This document shows positions 17,144 through 24,315 of a stretch of DNA of 24,315 nucleotides, in pieces. The notes under the pieces are model-generated. The model worked only from the letters and a program-made list of their open reading frames with translations. It ran no database searches and was not told the origin of the DNA. Position numbers and translations under genes: made by a program. The DNA comes from a virus. Lineage: Duplodnaviria > Caudoviricetes. The DNA is taken from positions 1 through 24,315 of the IMG/VR virus record IMGVR_UViG_3300044988_000027; one strand, 5' to 3'. The first letter of the stretch is position 1. Every line of letters starts with the position of its first letter.

Positions 17144-17739
17144 TACGCAACATCCTCTGTCCACTCAATGCCTAGATACAAACTAGCGCCCGCTGGTACG
17201 GCTTGCCCGTTAAAATTAATTGCTAAAGACTCTGAAGTGCCTCTAAGAACGATAGCTTTGTCATTACGAACGCCAAACTCGTAAGATGTCGGCAGTGCTG
17301 CCGCGCCCGGCGTTGCGCTAGCGGATAAGTACGTTTTATGGGCTTCTATTGCAATGCCAGTGCCTAAGGCTGAAGGGTTTGCAGTATAGAGTTTTAATGT
17401 TGCTGTTTGCGCGTCATCGGCTGAATCTGACTGCGCTGCCGTCACATTAGTTGATGTACCTGCGGTGTTAGCAACGGTGCGCTTAATAATGTAATGGTCA
17501 TATATGGATGCTGTTGTAGCCGTACCCACAATCTCCACTTTTGTCACGCGAATAATTTTTGTCGCAGAACCAGATATTACAAGCACGTCTGTAGCGGTTG
17601 CTACAGGTGTAATATCTTGCGCAACATATCGAAAAGTGGCGCGTGTACCGTTGGTGCTTATGCCTACAACGTTGCCGTCGGCTCTTGCAGCGACTGGAAC
17701 ACCAGTGCTACTGACAGCGGATATAATTTCGTACCCCAT
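17143..17739 (-). CDS. Putative beta-sandwich virion protein
   Basis: Thr/Ala/Val-rich, beta-strand pattern, ends GIEWTE. GGAG precedes ATG 17739. Confidence 0.55.
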   Translation of the reverse strand: MGYEIISAVSSTGVPVAARADGNVVGISTNGTRATFRYVAQDITPVATATDVLVISGSATKIIRVTKVEIVGTATTASIYDHYIIKRTVANTAGTSTNVTAAQSDSADDAQTATLKLYTANPSALGTGIAIEAHKTYLSASATPGAAALPTSYEFGVRNDKAIVLRGTSESLAINFNGQAVPAGASLYLGIEWTEDVA

Positions 17740-17751
17740 TTTAATCTCCAA

Positions 17752-18552
17752 TCATAATAGTAAAAGTATGGCTTCTTCGTCGTCACGCTCGTCTTCAAGC
17801 ATTTGCGCGATAGCAAGCTCTAGTGCAGCTTTTTCAGTTTCCATGCGGAGGATTGCTTCATAATCCTCAACAAAAGTAACAGGCTTTTCTTCAACTTTAG
17901 GTGCCGCCTTAACCTTTGGTTTAGGCTCTCCCGTTACTGCTTCAACAGCGTCTTCGATTGCTTTTTTAACGTCGGCGCTGTTGTTTTTATATTCTTTCTT
18001 TTTAGCCTTTATGCCGCCCTTAGAAGGCAAAGCAATAGGCTCTGGCTCTTGATTAGCCAAGAAAATAATATCTTCTAAAGTGACCGCTAACGAGCCTGCA
18101 TGAACGTCAGCGCCTGCCGCTAAGAAAGTTACGCTTTCAAGCGTTAACGCCATTGCTCCAGTAATTCTGCCAACGCCGCGAGCATCAAAGATAATGTCGT
18201 CTAATGTAAACGCTAATGTGCCGTTGTGTTTAACTATCCCCGATGCTGCAACCGCAATATCATCTAGCGAAACAGTCAGACTTCCTGTGTGAGTGTCAGC
18301 CCCCGTGCCGGCAAAAGAAATGTCATCTAATGTGGCAGTTAAATTCCCGTTATGTACTACAACACCGGAAACTGCAAGCGCAATATCATCTAATACAGCA
18401 GTTAAATTTCCGTTATGTGCTATCGTTCCAACGCTTGCAACAATAATATCATCTAACGTAACAGCTAATGTTCCAGTAATGCTTGTGCCGCCTCCTCCTT
18501 GCGTTGGAAGCGCTGCAAAAGGGCCGTCAGCAAAAGGGCTATGTCCAAACAT
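17752..18552 (-). CDS. Repeat-containing virion protein (7 x 21 aa) with charged helical C-terminus
   Basis: MFGHSPFADGPFAAL N-terminus, [H/I]xG.L..TLDDI repeats, C-terminal DDEEAILLLL. Confidence 0.7.
   Translation of the reverse strand: MFGHSPFADGPFAALPTQGGGGTSITGTLAVTLDDIIVASVGTIAHNGNLTAVLDDIALAVSGVVVHNGNLTATLDDISFAGTGADTHTGSLTVSLDDIAVAASGIVKHNGTLAFTLDDIIFDARGVGRITGAMALTLESVTFLAAGADVHAGSLAVTLEDIIFLANQEPEPIALPSKGGIKAKKKEYKNNSADVKKAIEDAVEAVTGEPKPKVKAAPKVEEKPVTFVEDYEAILRMETEKAALELAIAQMLEDERDDEEAILLLL
18040..18480 (-). repeat. Seven degenerate 63-bp / 21-aa repeats
   Basis: ITGTLAVTLDDIIVASVGTIA / HNGNLTAVLDDIALAVSGVVV / HNGNLTATLDDISFAGTGADT / HTGSLTVSLDDIAVAASGIVK / HNGTLAFTLDDIIFDARGVGR / ITGAMALTLESVTFLAAGADV / HAGSLAVTLEDIIFLANQEPE. 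Confidence 0.9.
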
Positions 18553-18556
18553 AATC

Positions 18557-18991
18557 TTACGGTGCTACTGGAAAGTCTACAGTGAAAGGAAACCCTGCTT
18601 GCAAGGTAATGTCACGCAGTGATTGTCTATAAACCGCCCACGCTAAATTATCAACAGGCGCATCAGCTAATTGTGTCCAATCTGATTGTGTGAGCAAAGC
18701 GTTGCGTTTATAACGTACTTCATTGGCTTTTTGTATTTTTTCAACATCTAGCTCATCTTGTGTTTTATTCTCAACTACTACGTCATACACTACGCCATTT
18801 TCAATATAAGGCTCAACTGAAGTAAGTTTTTGAGTAGGTAAGCGTGTTCTTTCTGACTGTATCTGATACGCATTGCGCTCTTGCGCCCACATTAAGTCAA
18901 GGCCTTCTGGTGGAAACGATACATTAGGAAACACCTCTGTATGCTCACCATGAGATAGGATTTGGTTATTTTCAATTACGGCTATTTTCAT
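18557..18991 (-). CDS. Tail/fibre assembly chaperone (Phage_tail_APC-like C-terminus)
   Basis: VRYKRNALLTQSDWTQLADAP...W..YRQSLRDIT.Q.GFP....FP..P. Confidence 0.85.
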   Translation of the reverse strand: MKIAVIENNQILSHGEHTEVFPNVSFPPEGLDLMWAQERNAYQIQSERTRLPTQKLTSVEPYIENGVVYDVVVENKTQDELDVEKIQKANEVRYKRNALLTQSDWTQLADAPVDNLAWAVYRQSLRDITLQAGFPFTVDFPVAP

Positions 18992-18995
18992 GTTT

Positions 18996-19709
18996 TTATC
19001 CTATTGGAAGTGGTGCTGTTGGGATTGTCATTGTTGAACCGGAGTATCTTGCAACGCCATTGGTTACTCTTAAATCATAAAGGTATGCGTTTAAATCCCT
19101 ACCGTAATACTGGTCTTTTCCTATATAAACAGCAGCGGCTAAATTTGCAATTGTTCCGCTTGTAGAAGTAGAAGCTCTTGAAGTACCATCAACATATATA
19201 GTTAAAGTGCTTGTACTTCTAACCAACGCTATATAATGCCATGCTCCATCATTTATAGTTACGCCCGATGTTGTTAAACCTCCAACACAAATATCAAATG
19301 AATAAAAGGCACAATTACCAGAAGAACCATTATTAAGTAAAAATGACCAATCTCCAGAAGAGTAGCTTACTGGGCTTCTTGATATTATTGTTGAGTAGTT
19401 AGCTGTTTGAGAAGTATTTATCCAAAACTCAATAGTAAAATTATTTGAAGATAACTCTATTACAGATGAATCTGCTACTGTTAAATAGTCTCCTATCCCA
19501 TCAAAATAAACTGAACTCCCCCCATACACACTTTGCGCGGTGCTAATTACTGTATTCCCAAACACCGTAGTCGCTAAATTATTACTAGACGAATCTTTAA
19601 TATTAGTTGTTGTCCCATTTGCACCATTCCCTACAAGCAAATACGACACGTTTGCCCAATAAGGGTCTCCGCCCCCGCCAAGTGTTGCAAACCTAGATAA
19701 CATACTCAT
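18996..19709 (-). CDS. LamG / concanavalin-A-like lectin domain protein (putative receptor-binding tip)
   Basis: DPYW.NV..LL, S.YFDG.GDYL, NFTIEFWI, WHYIALVR, IYVDG, DLRVT.GVARY. Start at ATG 19709 (ATGA overlap). Confidence 0.9.
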   Translation of the reverse strand: MSMLSRFATLGGGGDPYWANVSYLLVGNGANGTTTNIKDSSSNNLATTVFGNTVISTAQSVYGGSSVYFDGIGDYLTVADSSVIELSSNNFTIEFWINTSQTANYSTIISRSPVSYSSGDWSFLLNNGSSGNCAFYSFDICVGGLTTSGVTINDGAWHYIALVRSTSTLTIYVDGTSRASTSTSGTIANLAAAVYIGKDQYYGRDLNAYLYDLRVTNGVARYSGSTMTIPTAPLPIG

Positions 19710-20482
19710 CGCACAAACTTCCCATAAATTTTTGTACCCGCATCGCGAGTCCAAAGTAAGCACCAGTCTGTACCAGACGTTTGCAAAGTCACACCGTTAG
19801 AAGAAAATGTCGTTGTCGTTGCACCCGTAGAGGTAATCCAGTTAATAGTTGGCCATGTAATCGTACCTGCTGCACCCAAGTTAACCCCTTCAATTAAAAG
19901 CTCACCTAAGTTACCCGATGGCGGCCAGTTTGTAATTGTTAACGTAGGGCTGCTTGAAGCCGTTGGTGCCCAGCGTTGCTGTGAGCCGTTGGTGAAATCT
20001 AAAGCCGCTGTGGTACTGCTATTGTAGTAAACCCAACCTGTATCTTTATACATTGTTCGAGTCAGTGAATAGTCACCACCCGTTAAGTTACCACCTAGTG
20101 TTGATGCGCTAAGTGTAATGCCAGAAGGTAGTGTAGGCGTACCAGATAAGTTAGCTGCTGTCCCTGTGGTGTTTTGGTTAAGCGTTGGAAAGGTACAGTT
20201 TGTTAGTGTGCCGCTAGAGGGTGTACCTAATGCTCCGCCCGGTGCAACATAATCTGTTCCTGCGGTCGCTGCGGTAAAAGCACTTGTTCCGTTACCTTTT
20301 ACTACGCCGGTTAATGTTGTTGCTCCAGAGCCGCCTTGCGCTACCGTTAACGCAGTTGTCAAACCAGAAAGCGAAGTAATATCGCTGTTTGCGCCAGATG
20401 CAGCTAAACCGGTTACGGTGTCGCCTGTTTGTAATTCTTGAATAGCTGCCCCGTTTAGGACTAGAGGGTATCGTGCTGTCAT
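19706..20482 (-). CDS. Fibre protein
   Basis: GANSDITSL, VAQGGSGATT and LGTPSSGTL fibre motifs; C-terminal D..NG..Q...ITWP..NW domain. Confidence 0.75.
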   Translation of the reverse strand: MTARYPLVLNGAAIQELQTGDTVTGLAASGANSDITSLSGLTTALTVAQGGSGATTLTGVVKGNGTSAFTAATAGTDYVAPGGALGTPSSGTLTNCTFPTLNQNTTGTAANLSGTPTLPSGITLSASTLGGNLTGGDYSLTRTMYKDTGWVYYNSSTTAALDFTNGSQQRWAPTASSSPTLTITNWPPSGNLGELLIEGVNLGAAGTITWPTINWITSTGATTTTFSSNGVTLQTSGTDWCLLWTRDAGTKIYGKFVR

Positions 20483-20910
20483 TAGCTCACGCTCACGTTA
20501 ATTGTTGACCCTGAATGATTCAACACAGGAAGATACCCGTTTGCTAACGCAACTTGAATCACCGATGATGAATGATTTAATACTTGTAATGTTGTAACTG
20601 GAATAGCACGTTCAGCAGGTAGCGTTACAAATACGTCTTTAGTACCTGATGTAAATGTGACTAAACTGCCAGCGTTGCTAGATGCCAATACGGTGGTTCT
20701 GGCAAGTGTGTTACCAGAGCTTGCGTAAGTGCCAATTCCTACCTCCCAATTTGCGCCTGTCTGGTCTGCAATGGTGTAGTAAGTGGTATTTCCATTTCCT
20801 ACCGCAGCAGAAAACGATTGGTATCCTGTCGCCGCTCCCGCTAAAGTAATAGCGGTAGTGCCTGTAGAAGTTGTCGTTTCCTTAACTCTATCCGCTAAAA
20901 CTAAAGTCAT
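20482..20910 (-). CDS. Putative fibre adaptor/structural protein
   Basis: LADRVKETTTSTGT...TYYTI...WEVGIGTY...TL.RTTVL.SSN...F..GTKDVFVT.PA; C-terminal duplicated L.VLNHS.S.I.V motif. Confidence 0.65.
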   Translation of the reverse strand: MTLVLADRVKETTTSTGTTAITLAGAATGYQSFSAAVGNGNTTYYTIADQTGANWEVGIGTYASSGNTLARTTVLASSNAGSLVTFTSGTKDVFVTLPAERAIPVTTLQVLNHSSSVIQVALANGYLPVLNHSGSTINVSVS

Positions 20911-21281
20911 TACGCATTACCTTCTGTAATCGTAGCTGAAGAAATTGCCACGCTGTCGCCAGTTGTAATAGCAACGCTAGACAAATTAATATTACTTCCT
21001 GACGTTCCAACTGTAAGCCCTGAAATAATAAGCGTTGTACCGTCAGATTTATAAATACTTGCGTTATCGGCGGTACCTGTTGCACCTGCTGTTCCAGCAG
21101 TGATTGAGCTTAGCGTAAGCACACCGCCAGACGCTGCGCCAGCAAACGGTGTACCGCAAACACATTCCGCTAATTGTGTCGCCCCAGAGGTATAGATTCT
21201 AAGTTTTGCGCCGTTGCCAGCAAAAGTAGTAATTGCGTCCGCGCGGGAATTGCGCAATGTGGTATTAAGTGAAACTGCCAT
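20910..21281 (-). CDS. Small beta-rich virion structural protein
   Basis: LRN...DAI.......LRIY...A.GTA....I..SDGT.....VGTSG...I..G..V.I.S.TIT pattern; abuts the portal stop codon. Confidence 0.65.
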   Translation of the reverse strand: MAVSLNTTLRNSRADAITTFAGNGAKLRIYTSGATQLAECVCGTPFAGAASGGVLTLSSITAGTAGATGTADNASIYKSDGTTLIISGLTVGTSGSNINLSSVAITTGDSVAISSATITEGNA

Positions 21282-23498
21282 TTATTTGACTCCTATAATT
21301 CTGCCGTTAGCATCTCGAACAACTTGTTTTGGTCGAGTTACTTGGTTGTGCATTTCAGACATTCTGTCGAGTAATGCTTGGTTCTGTTGGTTTGCAAGTG
21401 TCATCATTTGCGTCATGTTCATATTTACGTTTTCAATGACATTGTTTAGTGATGTTGATAATACGCTATTCAACTGTGGGTTTCCAGTTTCATCAAGTTC
21501 TGTCATTGAATCTTCTTTACCTGCATTTAAACTTAAAACGTGTTGCTTCATACTGTTTTGAGCTTGTATCTGCGCAATGGTAATCTTTGTATCATTATCA
21601 AGCTGTGTTTTCCACTTATCAAATTCGAGTTTAGCTTGTTCAAGTTGATTGCTAGCTTGAAGTTTCACTTGTTCAAGCTGCATTGTCGCTTGTTCTGATT
21701 GCTGTTGTGCTTGCATCTTCATTTGGGCAATTTGCGCCTCTGCTTGTGTACGCTGTTCGTCTTTGCTCGGTGGTTGCGGTCCTGCTGCTTTTTTAGTCGC
21801 TTGGTCAACAAACTGCTCAAGGACACCTTCAAGTTCTCTGCCCGCTTTAAACCCACGAACACCATAAAGCAATAGCTCTCCAACTAACGGCGCCATTGCA
21901 GGGTCTTCTTTAACCGCGCCAATGCCGTCTTTAATAAAGCCGCTTACCGCTGTCAAAAATTCCATGCGGTTTTGCTTTTCAGTCTGCTTATCAAGCTCAA
22001 CTAGCGTATCGGTTTCAATATCAATATTGAAAACCCTAGCAGGTTCGTTTTTAAGCAGTTGAATCGCTTGCTCTACAAATTGCGCGTCAGGCGTATTCAT
22101 AATGCCTGACACTTCAACTAATGTCTGTGGTTGGTATTTTGAACAGATAATCTCTGACTTCATGCGCAGGATTTCACGCGCAAAGCGATACAGCCCGTCT
22201 TTCATGTTGCCAAGACGTAGTGATGCAAACTGACTCTTAATTTGCTGTGCTGTCGCGGTTTCACTCGCTACCGACGCGCCACGCATGATGTCGGACAGGC
22301 CAGTTGTTTCGTAAATGATTTGCTTACATGACTCACGCGCTTGATATAGCTGTTGCAACGCAGACGCAACGTCGCCAAGTGGCATAAATTGCACAGCGCC
22401 TTGCAGTCCGCCTTTTTCAACAAACGCCGCCCAGTTTTTGACAGGGACAAGCACCCCATCGTTACCTTCTTTCATCAAGCGTTCAATCGCAGGCTCGTCC
22501 GCCGCGTAGATGCCCATGACTTTAAGCGCTTTGGTCAAATGCTTGATTCGACCTGTTAGCTCGTCAATCTCGTCTGCTTGGTCTTGATAGAGTAGAAAAT
22601 CTGCTACAGGAATCAGCGTCCCTGTCGATGTAGTGGCAAAGTAAGGTTTAGGGCAGGGAAAGAAGTTTGAAAGCTCTAGTGGGTCATCTCTGTGGTCTAA
22701 AATGACATCGTACTGCTCCGCTATCCAATAGACGCATTTTTCTGCTTTTGACCAAATTTCCCAGATTTCTGCCTTTTTATCGGCTTTAGTAGTTTCTTTG
22801 TCGCCGTCTTTACGATTTGACGTGTTAGTTAACGGAACTTTCTCAAAGATGTCGCCAAAGCGGTCTACCCCCTCGTCTAACGTCATATAGACGCGTCGTG
22901 CCACCCATGTCACCTCGTCCCATGTCCGAGCAGGTAGATGCGCAAAGTCCTGCCAATAGACATAATCCACCGGTGTTGTTTCAGACACAACGTGTTCGTA
23001 GACTTCCGTCTGCGCCAGCCCGTTTTCTTCGTCCAGTGTGCGTTCAGGTGAGTATTCTTCCCCGCCTATCTCCGCATAATTGGTAATTGAAGGCTCAAAT
23101 TCTTCAATCTTAGGCTCATAGCGTAGCCACGCCACGCCTCTGCCCGGAAGAAGCCTATCATCCACCACGCAAGACAGCGTATCGTGAAAATCAGGGTATT
23201 CTTTAATCTCAAAGTCAAGAACGCGCTCTAAAATCATCGCCGCTACTCTGCCGGCGTTATTTTTATCGTCAAAACGTCTTGAAATGTCAGGATTGGGCGG
23301 TTTTGCGTAAATTGCCGGTTTTAGCGTCTGTACGTTAGACCAAAGAATATTAAATCGTGCGTCCGCTTGCTCTGCGTCCTTACGCTCGTCGCGGTAGCGC
23401 TTGACAATCTTCTCGCCACGCTCTGTCCACTTCTTATATTCTTCTTGGTAGCGCGATATTTCGTCGTGCCAAGGCTGTGCTGATAGTTTGTCACTCAT
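21282..23498 (-). CDS. Portal protein (P22-like) with long C-terminal Q-rich coiled coil
   Basis: 738 aa directly after the terminase; FNILWSNV, FFPCP.P, IYE.TG.SDI.RG...ETATAQQIK motifs. Confidence 0.9.
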   Translation of the reverse strand: MSDKLSAQPWHDEISRYQEEYKKWTERGEKIVKRYRDERKDAEQADARFNILWSNVQTLKPAIYAKPPNPDISRRFDDKNNAGRVAAMILERVLDFEIKEYPDFHDTLSCVVDDRLLPGRGVAWLRYEPKIEEFEPSITNYAEIGGEEYSPERTLDEENGLAQTEVYEHVVSETTPVDYVYWQDFAHLPARTWDEVTWVARRVYMTLDEGVDRFGDIFEKVPLTNTSNRKDGDKETTKADKKAEIWEIWSKAEKCVYWIAEQYDVILDHRDDPLELSNFFPCPKPYFATTSTGTLIPVADFLLYQDQADEIDELTGRIKHLTKALKVMGIYAADEPAIERLMKEGNDGVLVPVKNWAAFVEKGGLQGAVQFMPLGDVASALQQLYQARESCKQIIYETTGLSDIMRGASVASETATAQQIKSQFASLRLGNMKDGLYRFAREILRMKSEIICSKYQPQTLVEVSGIMNTPDAQFVEQAIQLLKNEPARVFNIDIETDTLVELDKQTEKQNRMEFLTAVSGFIKDGIGAVKEDPAMAPLVGELLLYGVRGFKAGRELEGVLEQFVDQATKKAAGPQPPSKDEQRTQAEAQIAQMKMQAQQQSEQATMQLEQVKLQASNQLEQAKLEFDKWKTQLDNDTKITIAQIQAQNSMKQHVLSLNAGKEDSMTELDETGNPQLNSVLSTSLNNVIENVNMNMTQMMTLANQQNQALLDRMSEMHNQVTRPKQVVRDANGRIIGVK

Positions 23499-24315
23499 TA
23501 TATTCGTCTACCTCTACGTTTCGAGCTGTGTTCCCACAACTCCTCTAAGGACTGGTCTTCCCAGAATTTTGCTTTGGGTTTTGGCGCTGCGTCTGGTCGT
23601 TGTTCACGCCATGCAAGACACGCGTACCGGAAAGCATCAGCAAAGTGAGATGTCCAATCGTGTTTGGGGCGTTCATTAAATACCTTTTTGTCCACATTAT
23701 ACTCTCTTTGGTACTGTGTTAGCGCTTCCATTCCTTCTTTGCAGCTTGGGTCAAACCAACAGTTTGCTAATGATAACCTAGCGGCTTGTATTCCGTCCAT
23801 AAGTGATATATTTGGGACAATTCTAGGCGACCAACCAAGTGAACGAAATTGCTCCTCAATACTTCTGCCCGTTTGCAATGATTTAGCTTTTGCGTCGTGC
23901 GGCAAATACAGCCATTCACCGTAATCATAGCCTTTACTCTGCAAAATGTCATGGTAGTGCGCGATAGGCATACCACTGTTACTGTAGCAGTCAATAAACC
24001 TAAGCTCTTTGCCCGCCACCTGAAACCACCAAATTGCCGTGTCGTCGCTCCACCCCAAATCGATAGCCGCATACGTCTTGAGTTTGCGGTCATAGCAAGG
24101 CCGTACTCTCCCCGATTGCCCCACTTCGTACATTTCTCTGCCGTAAATAGCCCCCGGTATCGCCGCGTCGAAGTTGCACTCCATCTCCTGTAGCCATGCG
24201 TCCTCCGACAACTCCTTTCTCAGCGCGTCAATTTCTTCTTGGTCAAGAATTCCCGAATTAGATGCGGTCAGCAGCAAGGTAAAGCAGTCCTTGTCTTGCT
24301 TGCCCGCTTCAAAGC
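23498..24315 (-). CDS. terL: Terminase large subunit, C-terminal nuclease domain (5' end cut off by the window)
   Basis: QEMEC.F, DLGWSDDTAIW, LPHDA, HDWTSHFADAFRY RNase-H-like motifs. The frame stays open to the window edge (FEAGKQDKDCFTLLLTAS). Confidence 0.95.
   Translation of the reverse strand, partial: FEAGKQDKDCFTLLLTASNSGILDQEEIDALRKELSEDAWLQEMECNFDAAIPGAIYGREMYEVGQSGRVRPCYDRKLKTYAAIDLGWSDDTAIWWFQVAGKELRFIDCYSNSGMPIAHYHDILQSKGYDYGEWLYLPHDAKAKSLQTGRSIEEQFRSLGWSPRIVPNISLMDGIQAARLSLANCWFDPSCKEGMEALTQYQREYNVDKKVFNERPKHDWTSHFADAFRYACLAWREQRPDAAPKPKAKFWEDQSLEELWEHSSKRRGRRI

Noticed and set aside
624-24193. Plus-strand ORFs and nested alternative-frame minus-strand ORFs in the track (for example 624-878, 4887-5174, 7761-8084, 17504-17863, 23767-24093)
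   Set aside because: All overlap well-supported minus-strand genes and show no recognisable motifs. They are most likely shadow ORFs.
1-24315. tRNA, ncRNA, integrase/att sites, introns or inteins, promoters
   Set aside because: Intergenic gaps are at most about 50 bp, the terminase, portal and capsid genes look uninterrupted, and no convincing motifs were seen.

Overview
This window is the virion-morphogenesis and lysis region of a podovirus-type tailed dsDNA phage with a P22-like gene order. All 30 supported genes are on the minus strand and tightly packed. In transcription order (right to left) they are: terminase large subunit (5' end cut off), portal, a 7-gene fibre/lectin block, an FmdB-type zinc ribbon, scaffold, major capsid protein, decoration protein, a hypothetical, head-tail adaptor, a small orphan, tail nozzle, GNAT acyltransferase, four putative ejection proteins (one ending in a Peptidase_S74 domain), tail fibre, a DUF1566 C-type-lectin protein, a fibre accessory protein, cupin, a Dps-like protein, three small membrane proteins, and a GH24 lysozyme that is cut off by the window edge and missing from the ORF track. 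Four observations stand out. (1) A fibre-like module sits between portal and scaffold and includes a 7x21-aa repeat protein that could act as a length ruler. (2) The lectin gene's 3' end looks like a DGR variable region, but no template or reverse transcriptase is in the window. (3) I found no GATC or CCWGG sites by eye. (4) A GNAT gene directly precedes a Met-Cys-start pilot protein with an S74 autocleavage domain. All family calls come from motif recognition and gene order, not database searches.
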